Assembly: GCA_003864455.1 (NCBI GenBank)
Contig: BGZN01000003.1
Coordinates: 25,484-89,483 of the forward strand
Length of the DNA stretch: 64,000 nt
Direction of reading: 5' to 3'
From: Candidatus Termititenax aidoneus
Lineage (GTDB): Bacteria > Margulisbacteria > Termititenacia > Termititenacales > Termititenacaceae
Each line of letters begins with the position of its first letter. The first letter of the stretch is position 1. The notes under the pieces are model-generated. The model was not told the origin of the DNA. It ran no database searches and saw only the letters and a program-made list of their open reading frames with translations. Positions 1-9,282 of the stretch are shown one piece after another. A program made the position numbers and the translations under genes.

Positions 1-944
1 ACGCGGAGATCCGCCAGTATGAAAATCTTTCCCTGTCGCCGGCGGCTTTGGTTTTGCATTACGCGCCGGAAGTTTTCGAGGGACTAAAAGCTTACCGCCA
101 GCCGGACGGCGGCGTGGCGATGTTCCGTCCGCTGGATAATTTTCGGCGCATGAATGTTTCGGCGGAACGCGTCTGTCTGCCAGCGCTGGACATTGATTTT
201 GCGCTGTCCGCTTTGACCGAACTGGTGCGGCTGGAGCAAAATTGGGTGTCCTCGGACGCTGGCGCTTCTTTATATATACGCCCGACGCTGATCGGCATTG
301 ACCCTTATGTCGGCTTGAAAGCGCCGGAGGAAGCGCTTTTCTATATTATTCTTTCGCCGGTGGGCGCTTATTACGCGCAGGGTTTTGAGCCGGTGTCTAT
401 CATGGTCGAGGACAAATACGTGCGCGCGGTGCGCGGCGGCCTGGGCGCGGCCAAGACCGGCGCGAATTATGCCGCGTCAATACTGGCCGGACAGTTGGCC
501 AAGAAAAAAGGTTTTGATCAAGTGCTCTGGCTGGACGGCATCGAACAGCGTTATGTCGAGGAAGTCGGCTCGATGAATATCTTTTTTGTTTATGGTGAAA
601 AGATCGTCACTTCCGCGCTCAATGGCTCGATCCTGCCGGGCATCACGCGGGATTCGGTCTTAAAATTGAGCAAACACTGGGGACTGGAAGTCGCGGAGGA
701 CAAGTTAGATATTGATCAGGTCATCGCGGATATTGCGTCAGGTAAGATTACGGAAATTTTCGGTTCAGGCACGGCGGCGGTCGTCTCGCCGGTGGGCGCG
801 CTTTATCACGAAGGCCGGGAATACGCGGTGGGCGGCGCTAAAACCAAAGTCGGCGCGTTGACGCAAAAGCTTTACGACAATCTGACCGGCATTCAATACG
901 GCAAAATTCCCGACCCGTTTGGCTGGCTGGTCAGAGTTTTATAA
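1..944 (+). CDS. ilvE: Branched-chain amino acid aminotransferase, 5'-truncated by the window edge (reading frame begins at nt 3)
   Basis: Translation from nt 3 reads ...IRQYENLSLSPAALVLHYAPEVFEGLKAYR... and matches the class IV aminotransferase (BCAT) fold throughout. The ORF is open to the window start. Confidence 0.85.
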   Translation, partial: AEIRQYENLSLSPAALVLHYAPEVFEGLKAYRQPDGGVAMFRPLDNFRRMNVSAERVCLPALDIDFALSALTELVRLEQNWVSSDAGASLYIRPTLIGIDPYVGLKAPEEALFYIILSPVGAYYAQGFEPVSIMVEDKYVRAVRGGLGAAKTGANYAASILAGQLAKKKGFDQVLWLDGIEQRYVEEVGSMNIFFVYGEKIVTSALNGSILPGITRDSVLKLSKHWGLEVAEDKLDIDQVIADIASGKITEIFGSGTAAVVSPVGALYHEGREYAVGGAKTKVGALTQKLYDNLTGIQYGKIPDPFGWLVRVL

Positions 945-1241
945 CAAATTATTTCTTGGACTTTTTCAGCCTTTTGTGAAACAAACGATTGACGCCGAAA
1001 GCGACAATCAGCTTTTCGGTTTCCTTCTTGGTTGTGTAAATATTTTTCAATAAACTAGCAGACATCATACCCCTCCATTTGCCATGGTTACCGAACGTAT
1101 ACCCATTTTTTGCCAATATATACGCGCGTATGCAGCGAAAAAAATTGTTACATTTATGTTGGGTAAGAGTTAAAAAATGGCTTGCTTTTTGCAATGGCCA
1201 AATGTTAGAGTACCGCATCATTTTTTGGGTGGTGTACTATT

Positions 1242-3689
1242 ATGACTAATTACGGTTATTTTGACGATAAAAATAAAGAATACGTGATTACCGATCCCAA
1301 AACTCCGCTCAAGTGGATTAATTATATCGGCACGCTGCAATTTGGCGGTTTTGTCGACCATACCGGCGGCGCGCTGCTTTGCAAAGGCGATCCAGCGCTC
1401 AATCGCATTACCAAATATATTCCGCAAATGCCGGCCGCGGAATTTAAAGGCTCTACATTATATTTGCGGTTTAAAACCAAGGACGGGTATAAGGTTTTTT
1501 CGCCGTTTTTTGTGCCGACGCTGGATAAATATGATTTGTTCGAATCGCATGTCGGTTTGAGTTATCAGAAAATCGTTTCGGAATTTTACGGCATTCGCAC
1601 CGAAGTTACGATTTTCGTGCCCAATGGCGAGCCGGTAGAGATCCGCGATATCACGATCACCAATAAATCCGGACAGCCGCTGGAGATCGATGCGGTGTCT
1701 GTCGTGGAGTACACGCATTTTGATGCGCTGAAACAATTAACCAATGCGGACTGGGTGCCGCAGACTATGACCGCCCGCCTCAATGACCGGCACGGCTTCA
1801 AGATCGTAACGCAATATGCGTTTATGAAAAAAGACACGGCGGTTAATTATCTGACTTCCAATTATCCGATCTCTTCTTTTGAGACCGACCGCAAGAAATT
1901 TTTGGGCGACAATGAATACGGCACTTGGACTAATCCGCTCGCTCTGCAGAACGCCGAGCTGTCCAATTACGAAGCCAATCGCGGCAACAATATCGGCGCG
2001 CTGCTCCAGCGTCTCGGGGTCTTGAAAAACGGCGAGAGCAAACGGCTGGTTGTTCTGCTCGGCCAAGATGAGTCTGTCGAAAAAGCCCTGCCGCTGATCC
2101 AAAAATATCAAGATGTCCGAAATGTCGACGCGGCTTTTCAGGCGCTGGCGGATTTTTGGGACAAATATTTGGCGATCCTGCAAATCGAGACTCCCGACGC
2201 CGGATTTAATTCTATGGTCAATGTGCATAATCCGCGGCAATGCCATGTAACTAAAAATTGGTCGCGCGATCTGTCCTACAATCAACTGGGTTTTGGCGGC
2301 CGCGGCATCGGTTACCGCGATTCGTCGCAGGACATTATCGGCGTCATGGCGCATATGCCAGAGGAGGGCATGACGCTGCTGCGCCAGATTTTGAGCGTGC
2401 AAAAACCTGACGGCTCGGCCATGCATCAGTTTTACGCTTCCACTATGGAGGCCAACGCCGGCGACAGCCGCGAGGAAAAAGGCCACGACTGGTATTCGGA
2501 CGATCATCTCTGGCCGATTTATCCGGTAACCGCGTATATCAAAGAAACCGGCAATACCAAAATTCTTGACGAGGAAATTACTTTTTACGATAAAACCAAG
2601 CCGCTCGAGCAGCGTGAAAAAGCCACGGTTTTTGAGCATCTGGACCGTGCGCTGGAGTTTACGCGCACCCATGTCGGACAGCACGGCCTGCCTTTGCTGG
2701 GTTTTGCCGACTGGAATGACACAGTCAATCTAAAAGGCGACGCGGAATCCGTGTTTACCTGCTGTCTGTACGGCCGCGCTCTGCTCAAAATGATCGAGCT
2801 GTGCGAATTTTTGCAGAAAAAAGATTACGTTGCCAAATACAAAAAATATTACGCGGAAATGAAACAGGCTTTTCAAAAATCAGCCTGGGACGGCGAATGG
2901 TTTGTGCGCTGGTTTGAGGCGGACGGCACGCCGCTCGGCTCGCACAAAAATGACGGCAGCAAACTTTTTGTCAACGCGCAGTCCTGGCCGCTGCTGGCCG
3001 GTTTTGCCGAGCCGGAAAAAGCTAAAATTGCTCTGGAGAGTCTGCGCCAGAAACTCAACACCAAATACGGCGTGAAAATCAGTTGGCCGTCTTACAACGG
3101 TTTTGACTGGCGCAAGGGCGGCGTAACCACTTATCCGCCGGGCGCCAAAGAAAACGGCGGCATTTTCCTGCACACCAATCCATGGGTCATGTTTGCCGAG
3201 ACGCTGATGGGACGCGGCGACCGGGCGTTTGAATACTACAATCAAGTCAACCCGGCCGCCAAAAATGAGATTATCGATATTTTTGAAGCCGCGCCGTACA
3301 ACTATCCGCAGAATATTTTAGGCGACGATCATCCGCAGTTTGGCCTCGGCCGCAATAGCTGGCTGTCCGGCACGGCGTCGTGGATGTACACAGTCAGCAC
3401 GAAATATATTTTGGGCGTGATACCGACTTACGCTGGTTTGCAAATCAACCCTTGCATACCGCAGTCCTGGCCGGAATTTAAGATGACCAGGGTTTACCGC
3501 GGCATTGCTTACCAAATCACAGTTAAGAATCCGGAAAAAGTCAGCAAAGGCGTGAAAAAGATTTTGGTCAACGGCCAGGAAATTAAAGGCATCGTAGTGC
3601 CAGTCCAGTCTCGCGATGCGGCGGTCGAGGTCATTATGGGCCAAGGCGGAGAGACTGACGAACTGTCTAAGATTTACTGGCCGGGCTGA
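1242..3689 (+). CDS. GH94-family glycoside phosphorylase (cellobiose/cellodextrin/chitobiose phosphorylase-like), 815 aa
   Basis: The N-terminus MTNYGYFDDKNKEYVITDPKTPLKWINYIG resembles the conserved N-terminus of cellobiose phosphorylases. The ~815 aa length fits, and an RBS lies upstream. Confidence 0.7.
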   Translation: MTNYGYFDDKNKEYVITDPKTPLKWINYIGTLQFGGFVDHTGGALLCKGDPALNRITKYIPQMPAAEFKGSTLYLRFKTKDGYKVFSPFFVPTLDKYDLFESHVGLSYQKIVSEFYGIRTEVTIFVPNGEPVEIRDITITNKSGQPLEIDAVSVVEYTHFDALKQLTNADWVPQTMTARLNDRHGFKIVTQYAFMKKDTAVNYLTSNYPISSFETDRKKFLGDNEYGTWTNPLALQNAELSNYEANRGNNIGALLQRLGVLKNGESKRLVVLLGQDESVEKALPLIQKYQDVRNVDAAFQALADFWDKYLAILQIETPDAGFNSMVNVHNPRQCHVTKNWSRDLSYNQLGFGGRGIGYRDSSQDIIGVMAHMPEEGMTLLRQILSVQKPDGSAMHQFYASTMEANAGDSREEKGHDWYSDDHLWPIYPVTAYIKETGNTKILDEEITFYDKTKPLEQREKATVFEHLDRALEFTRTHVGQHGLPLLGFADWNDTVNLKGDAESVFTCCLYGRALLKMIELCEFLQKKDYVAKYKKYYAEMKQAFQKSAWDGEWFVRWFEADGTPLGSHKNDGSKLFVNAQSWPLLAGFAEPEKAKIALESLRQKLNTKYGVKISWPSYNGFDWRKGGVTTYPPGAKENGGIFLHTNPWVMFAETLMGRGDRAFEYYNQVNPAAKNEIIDIFEAAPYNYPQNILGDDHPQFGLGRNSWLSGTASWMYTVSTKYILGVIPTYAGLQINPCIPQSWPEFKMTRVYRGIAYQITVKNPEKVSKGVKKILVNGQEIKGIVVPVQSRDAAVEVIMGQGGETDELSKIYWPG

Positions 3690-3694
3690 TTTTT

Positions 3695-4807
3695 TTAGCT
3701 AAGTCTGGGCAGGTTTAATTCATAGCGCACGCTGCGTCCCTGGCCGAATTGTTTTAATATTTTCTGGCGGTAGAGATAAGCGATCTCGCGGGCGGAGGTG
3801 GCCGGGCTGGTTTTGGTCATGGCCGTGTATTTGCGCGTGGTCAGGCCGCCTTCAAATTTTCCCAAGTCCAGCATTTTTTGAATAACTTTTCGCTGCCGGC
3901 TGTTGAGCACGGTATCTTGGATTGTATTCCAAAAAGCGGCCTTGCGGAAAGCGGCGGAAATTATTTCCTGCGAATTTTGCAAAGCGTTGTAGAACATTTT
4001 TAAGAACCATTCACGCCAGTCGTCCAGCCGCTGCGTGCCGCGCTGCGTGTTTTCCAGTATTTGATAATAAGCCTGGCGCTCACGCATGATCTGTGCGGAC
4101 AGGCTGTAGGCGCGAAAGGTAGCGTTTTCGTCCTGCGCCATGGCCAGGTCCGTGATTACGCGCGCCAGACGGCCGTTACCATCGTCATAAGGATGAATAG
4201 TTATAAATTTGAAATGCGCGTCGGCTGCGCGCAAAAGCCCGTTGCTTTGTCCAGCGCTTTGTTTAAACCATTTAAAAAAAACGGCCAACTCTTTTTTAAC
4301 TTGTTTGGCCGGCGGCGCTTCGTAATGGATTTTTTCATGCCCCAGATAGCCGGACACGACTTGCATACCGACCTGACGCGGCGCGCCGGCGGAGATCCGG
4401 CGCAAACCGGAAAACCCCGTTGGAAAAAGCGCCGCATGCCAGCCATTCAGTCTGGCCAAAGTCAGCGGCTGCGCGTGCTGCCGCACGGCGTCCAACAGGA
4501 CTTCCACTAAGCCGTCAACACTGCGGTCTATAGGCCGGCCAAATCCCTGCGGCAGACCGAGCCGGGCTGCCACGGATGAACGCACGGATTCAATGTTTAA
4601 TTCCAGACTTTCGATTTTAGCAGTTTGTAAAGTTTCGGCCAGCAGCAGTTCGCCCTGCGCTTCGGTCTGCAAGCGTAGATTTAGAGCGGATATTTTGCCC
4701 AGCAGTTGTCCCTGCAAAAACCGCGCTTGCGCCACTAGCTCAGCTAATTCCTGGCCGGCCGGCCTAAAATTTTGCCAATTTTTGTTTTGCCAGATATACC
4801 GACGCAT
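3695..4807 (-). CDS. Fic/DOC family protein (AMPylator-type) with an N-terminal Fic-associated domain
   Basis: Canonical Fic motif HPYDDGNGRLAR (HPFx[DE]GNGR) is present. The 370 aa protein is convergent with the GH94 gene. Confidence 0.8.
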   Translation of the reverse strand: MRRYIWQNKNWQNFRPAGQELAELVAQARFLQGQLLGKISALNLRLQTEAQGELLLAETLQTAKIESLELNIESVRSSVAARLGLPQGFGRPIDRSVDGLVEVLLDAVRQHAQPLTLARLNGWHAALFPTGFSGLRRISAGAPRQVGMQVVSGYLGHEKIHYEAPPAKQVKKELAVFFKWFKQSAGQSNGLLRAADAHFKFITIHPYDDGNGRLARVITDLAMAQDENATFRAYSLSAQIMRERQAYYQILENTQRGTQRLDDWREWFLKMFYNALQNSQEIISAAFRKAAFWNTIQDTVLNSRQRKVIQKMLDLGKFEGGLTTRKYTAMTKTSPATSAREIAYLYRQKILKQFGQGRSVRYELNLPRLS

Positions 4808-4916
4808 GTATTCTCCTTGATATGATTAGCGGCATAATCATATCAAAATATGATGTGATTAGCAAGTATAATAGTATCAATTTTTGAGGTGATTATGCCT
4901 TTAGCTTTGGCGCGGG

Positions 4917-5255
4917 TTAGCCGGCGCGCAGCGCGCGCAAAAGCCGGAGCGAAATATTCCTTTTCTCAGGGTTGAGTTTGCGAAACTCAGTCAGGAGTTT
5001 TAACTCAGTCAAATTCTTTTTATGAGGTTTGTCAAAATCCTTGAAAAAATAGTCCAGCGGAACGCCGTAAAATTCTGCCAGCTTAAACAGAGTTTCTAGT
5101 TTGGGCGCACCTTTTTGGCCTTTTTCTAAATATAAATAATTGGGAAAAGCCATGTCCAGCCCCAAAGCAGCGTCCTGTATAGTCAGCTTTTGGCTGACCC
5201 GCAATTCCTTTAAAAGCTGGCCGATATGTGTTTTCAGTTGGCTTAGGTCTCCCAT
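4917..5255 (-). CDS. XRE-family helix-turn-helix transcriptional regulator
   Basis: N-terminal HTH_3-like segment (LKELRVSQKLTIQDAALGLDMAFPNYLYLEKGQKGAPKLETLFKLAEFYGVPLDYFF). Divergent from the tail-collar gene. Confidence 0.6.
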   Translation of the reverse strand: MGDLSQLKTHIGQLLKELRVSQKLTIQDAALGLDMAFPNYLYLEKGQKGAPKLETLFKLAEFYGVPLDYFFKDFDKPHKKNLTELKLLTEFRKLNPEKRNISLRLLRALRAG

Positions 5256-5400
5256 AAAATTTTCCGTTTCTTTTCAAAGTTTTATTCTGTGTAGTTTATG
5301 ATTATGTTGTCCAAAAATATATTTCTTATAATTAATAATACTATTGCTTATAGTTAATAATAGTGGTATAATAGGTATATCAAACACAGGGGGTATGTAT

Positions 5401-6486
5401 ATGGCAAACGCAACAGGCAGTTACTCGGACAATTTTGAAGAGACGCCGTACTATATTAAAAGAGGCGAGCCGCTTTCGGCGGAGGGCATGAACGCCGCGC
5501 TGAATACCAGAGAAAAGATCACCCACAAAGAGGTATACAATACAGAGGCTGATGTTTTGAGCGCCAGCAATGATTATTATCCGTCATCTAAATTGGTTAA
5601 AGAAAGTCTGAGCGCTGCAAAAATGGCTTTGGAGGAGAGTATTGACGCATTGAGTGCTACTGTCAGTTCCAAAGAAGACGCCAGTAATAAGACAGGTGAT
5701 CTTGATTCAGGCGGAAGTAATGCCGCTTTGTATCCCACAGCCCAGGCGGTGAAAACCGCGCTCGACGGAAAAGAGAACGCGAGCAATAAAGCCGCGATAA
5801 TTACCGACGTCAATAAAGATGATGCGGTCAAATATCCAACGACTGGAGCGGTAACGGCCTGGGCAGAAAACAGCAACAATAAAGCCACATCGATTACTAC
5901 TGCCAATAAAGATGATGCGGTCAAATATCCAACGACTGGAGCGGTAACGGCTTGGGCGGCTACTGCGTTAATGGACATTCTTTTGCCAAAAGGAATGATA
6001 ATCGCTATGGAAAATGCGACTTATTACAACAACGCCAGCGCCGAGTTCAAGGCCAAATGGAAAATCTGCGACGGCGGCAACGGCACGCCGGATCTGCGGC
6101 ATAAATTCCTACGCGGCTACCAATCCGGCGATGTTGCTGCCGGCGGCGCAGATAGCCGAAGTTTTGGAATAGGCACAAACAATCTGCCCAATCATAATCA
6201 TACATTTAGCGGTACTACAGCGACTGGCCGCCTCCCTTGTTTGGGCAGTATGCATTATCGAGATGTGGGCGCTAATGGGCGGCCGCCTTCGGGTGTTTTT
6301 AGCGAAGGCAGTCGTGATGGTTATGTTGTTGGTTTTGAAAAATGGTTTCCAAATGAGCCAGGTCTCAGTTTTTCCATGACGCCTCAAGGCAGCGTTACAG
6401 GCGGCGGTAGCACGACGCCGGATAGGATTACGGTAGAAACAGTGCCAAGTTATTATACAGTGATCTACGTAATGAAAGTGGCTTGA
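5401..6486 (+). CDS. Phage tail-collar domain protein (tail-fibre-like) with an internal 31-aa tandem repeat
   Basis: C-terminal region ICDGGNGTPDLRHKFLRGYQSGDVAAGGADSRSFGIGTNNLPNHNHTF matches the phage_tail_collar signature (DGS...PDLRGxFxRG...NxxPxHxH). RBS acaggggg lies 7 nt before the ATG at 5401. The ORF track starts earlier, at 5344. Confidence 0.65.
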   Translation: MANATGSYSDNFEETPYYIKRGEPLSAEGMNAALNTREKITHKEVYNTEADVLSASNDYYPSSKLVKESLSAAKMALEESIDALSATVSSKEDASNKTGDLDSGGSNAALYPTAQAVKTALDGKENASNKAAIITDVNKDDAVKYPTTGAVTAWAENSNNKATSITTANKDDAVKYPTTGAVTAWAATALMDILLPKGMIIAMENATYYNNASAEFKAKWKICDGGNGTPDLRHKFLRGYQSGDVAAGGADSRSFGIGTNNLPNHNHTFSGTTATGRLPCLGSMHYRDVGANGRPPSGVFSEGSRDGYVVGFEKWFPNEPGLSFSMTPQGSVTGGGSTTPDRITVETVPSYYTVIYVMKVA

Positions 6487-6526
6487 TAAAAACACCCGCT
6501 GAAGATATTGCCTGCGGAGGCCTTTA

Positions 6527-6703
6527 CTAAGTGGAAGGTTCTCGTTTAGTATCGTGTTTCTCGACGAATTGCTTAATTTCTTCAATTGCCCCGAGCACTT
6601 TTTTGGCTTTGGCGAGGCCGAAAGAAAAAGGAAAACGGTCGTTTTCGTCGTTTTTGAGGCTAAGCATTGGTTTGCCCATGTATTCAGTTTCTTCGATCAG
6701 CAT
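6527..6703 (-). CDS. Small hypothetical protein, 58 aa (MLIEETEYMGKPMLSLKNDENDRFPFSFGLAKAKKVLGAIEEIKQFVEKHDTKREPST); below the ORF-track size cutoff
   Basis: Strong RBS (AAGGAG) 6 nt upstream of the ATG. It sits between the tail-collar gene and rho. No homology recognised. Confidence 0.3.
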   Translation of the reverse strand: MLIEETEYMGKPMLSLKNDENDRFPFSFGLAKAKKVLGAIEEIKQFVEKHDTKREPST

Positions 6704-6824
6704 GGCGCTCCTTACGGGTTTGATTATACCATGCCGGTTGCGCGTTTTGCCAGCCCGTGTTATACTACACTCATATTTCAGCTAATTTTAGTCTTTTTAG
6801 AAAATTTCACTTGAAGGAGAAATT

Positions 6825-8204
6825 ATGGCAGGCAGACCACCCAAAGAACAGGATAGTCCTGTGCCGGAAAAGAAAGAAATAAAAGAAGAATTCCCCAAAA
6901 CCGAAAGAAATAATGAAAGACCTGCCGAAAAGAATGGCGATAAAAGCAACGAAAAACTGATTGCCTCGCTGGATATTCCGGCGCTGCAGCGCATGAAAAT
7001 TTCTGAATTGTACGCAATTGCCAAAGAATTGAAAATCGAAGAAATGACCACGCTGGAAAAAAGCGACTTGATTTATAAAATCATGCAGCTCAAAACCGGC
7101 GACGAGGGCGCGGTGGCCTGCGAAGGCGTACTGGAGCGTTTGCCGGACGGCTATGGTTTTCTGCGCGTCAACAATTATCTGCCGTCCAGCGAGGATATTT
7201 ATGTGTCCTCGGCGCAGATTCGCCGTTTTTCGCTGCTGACCGGCGACCGCGTGAGAGGCCTGGGACGCAAGCCCAAAGAAGGCGAAAAATATTTTTCACT
7301 GGCGCGTGTGGACGAAATCAACGGCTTGACGCCGGAGGGCGCGCGCAAACGCACTTTTTTCAGCAATCTTGTGCCGATTTTCCCCGACAAAAAAATGAGC
7401 CTGGAGTCCAGCCAGCACAATATCACGACGCGTTTGATCGACATGGTCGCGCCGATCGGTTTTGGCCAGCGCGCGATGATCGTGTCTCCTCCCAAGGCCG
7501 GCAAAACGACGATACTGAAAGACATCGCCAAAAGCATCGAGCTCAATCACCCGGAAGTGGTAATCAAAGTGCTGCTGGTCGATGAACGTCCCGAGGAGGT
7601 TACCGACATGCGCCGTTTTGTCAAAGGCGAGGTGGTGGCTTCGACTTTTGACGAGCCGCCGGAACAGCATGTCAAAGTTTCGGAACTGCTGCTGGAGTCC
7701 GCCAAGCGTTTGGTCGAGCATGGCCGCGATGTGGTGATCCTGCTGGACAGCATTACCCGTCTGGCGCGCGCGCACAATATCGTGGTAGCGCCGTCCGGCC
7801 GCACTTTGTCCGGCGGTCTGGACCCGGCCTCGCTGCACAAACCCAAAAGATTTTTTGGCGCGGCGCGCAATATCGAGGGCGGCGGTTCGCTGACGATTAT
7901 CGCCACGGCTCTGGTCGACACGGGCAGCCGCATGGACGATGTGATTTACGAGGAATTCAAAGGCACGGGCAACATGGAACTGCATCTTGACCGCAAGCTG
8001 GCCAACCGCCGCGTTTATCCGGCTATCGATGTGGTCAGTTCCGGCACGCGCAAGGAAGAACTGCTGCTGGCCGAAGATGTTTTGAAGAAAACAATTATGC
8101 TGCGCAAGAGCATTGATTCCGAGAACGCCACCGAGGAGTTGGTCAATCTGCTCAAGAAAACTAAAAATAATCATGAGTTCCTCAATTCGGGTATTTTCGG
8201 CTAG
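6825..8204 (+). CDS. rho: Transcription termination factor Rho with an extended K/E-rich N-terminal region
   Basis: Rho N-terminal domain (MKISELYAIAKELKIE), RNA-binding OB (GVLERLPDGYGFLR), and a RecA-like core with Walker A (PPKAGKTTILKDIA). Confidence 0.92.
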   Translation: MAGRPPKEQDSPVPEKKEIKEEFPKTERNNERPAEKNGDKSNEKLIASLDIPALQRMKISELYAIAKELKIEEMTTLEKSDLIYKIMQLKTGDEGAVACEGVLERLPDGYGFLRVNNYLPSSEDIYVSSAQIRRFSLLTGDRVRGLGRKPKEGEKYFSLARVDEINGLTPEGARKRTFFSNLVPIFPDKKMSLESSQHNITTRLIDMVAPIGFGQRAMIVSPPKAGKTTILKDIAKSIELNHPEVVIKVLLVDERPEEVTDMRRFVKGEVVASTFDEPPEQHVKVSELLLESAKRLVEHGRDVVILLDSITRLARAHNIVVAPSGRTLSGGLDPASLHKPKRFFGAARNIEGGGSLTIIATALVDTGSRMDDVIYEEFKGTGNMELHLDRKLANRRVYPAIDVVSSGTRKEELLLAEDVLKKTIMLRKSIDSENATEELVNLLKKTKNNHEFLNSGIFG

Positions 8205-8207
8205 GCC

Positions 8208-8615
8208 ATGAATGTCCTGATCGTCGGCTGCGGCAGGGTAGGCGCGGAGTCGGCGCAGATTTTGAGCGCGGCTGGCTGTAATGTCATAGTGCTGGACAAA
8301 AACGAAAGTTCTTTGCAAAGGCTGGGCGCGGATTTCAACGGCTTGACGCTGGTCGGCAACGGCATTGATATGGAGACGCTTCGGAAGGCCGGCGTGGAAA
8401 AATCTGACGCCGCAGTCGTGGTAACCAATGGCGACAACACCAATGTGGTAGCCGCGCAAGTTATCAAAAAAATATTTAAAGTGCCAAAAGTAATGACGCG
8501 GGTGTACGATCCGCGCCGCGCTTATATTTACAAACAAATGGGACTGGACGTAGTCAGCGGCACGACTTTGTTTGCGGCGCTGATTCGCGACCGGATTTTA
8601 GAGGAGCGGAAATAA
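8208..8615 (+). CDS. TrkA-N (NAD-binding) domain protein, 135 aa; first of two split trkA genes
   Basis: Rossmann motif VLIVGCGRVGAESA. The stop overlaps the next start (TAATG). Confidence 0.75.
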   Translation: MNVLIVGCGRVGAESAQILSAAGCNVIVLDKNESSLQRLGADFNGLTLVGNGIDMETLRKAGVEKSDAAVVVTNGDNTNVVAAQVIKKIFKVPKVMTRVYDPRRAYIYKQMGLDVVSGTTLFAALIRDRILEERK

Positions 8616-9280
8616 TGTTTATCGTGATCGCCGGCGCGGGCAATGTCGGCCGGCAGTTGGCCGCCAATCTGCTCAAAGAAAAACATTCACTGGTGTTGCT
8701 TGACCGCCGGCCGGAAGTCTGCGCGCAAATGGCCGAAATTTTTCCGGATGCGCTGGTCGTTTGCGGCGATTGCTGTGACCCGAGCATTTTAGAACAGGCC
8801 TGTCTGGACCGCGCCGAAGTGGTGGCCGCACTGACCGGCGACGATGAGGACAATATTGTGATCTGCCAGTTGGCCAAAGAGCGTTTCAATGTGAAACGCA
8901 CAGTCGCGCGGGTCAACGATTCGCGCAATGCCAAAACTTTTGCCGCGCTGGGTGTCGATGTGCCGGTGGACAGCGGCGCGATTATCACCAGTTTGATTAC
9001 GCAGGAAGTTTCTTCGGTGGAGATGTCCACTTTGTTCACGCTGAAACGCGGCAAGATGGCAATCGTGCAGGTTACGGTTTCGCCGTATTCGCCCGTCATT
9101 GCCAAAAAAATCATGGAGTTAACTTTGCCTAAAGACACAGTTTTAATTTCTATTTTGCGCGGCGAAGAGGTGATCGTGCCGCGCGGCGGCACTGTTTTGC
9201 AGCGCGGAGACGATGTGATCGCGCTGACTTCGGACAGCAGCCGGCAGGCTATGCTCGATCTGCTGGGGACTGAAAAATAA
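8615..9280 (+). CDS. trkA: Potassium uptake protein TrkA (TrkA-N + TrkA-C), 221 aa
   Basis: IVIAGAGNVGRQLA Rossmann motif plus a C-terminal TrkA-C-like region. Lies upstream of trkH. Confidence 0.8.
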   Translation: MFIVIAGAGNVGRQLAANLLKEKHSLVLLDRRPEVCAQMAEIFPDALVVCGDCCDPSILEQACLDRAEVVAALTGDDEDNIVICQLAKERFNVKRTVARVNDSRNAKTFAALGVDVPVDSGAIITSLITQEVSSVEMSTLFTLKRGKMAIVQVTVSPYSPVIAKKIMELTLPKDTVLISILRGEEVIVPRGGTVLQRGDDVIALTSDSSRQAMLDLLGTEK

Positions 9281-9282
9281 TC

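Noticed and set aside
1737-2684. 315-aa minus-strand ORF inside the GH94 gene, and similar long antisense ORFs (7296..8537 within rho, 8554..9507 within trkA, 31408..32244 within thrC, 15218..15925 within tsf)
   Set aside because: These are typical long antisense open frames of GC-rich coding DNA. The sense-strand genes have clear homology and RBSs, and the antisense products have none.
5577-5978. 133-aa minus-strand ORF with internal duplicated peptide (…AVTAPVVGYLTASSLL… twice)
   Set aside because: It is antisense to the tail-collar gene. Its internal repeat is just the reverse-strand image of the 53-bp duplication in the sense gene.
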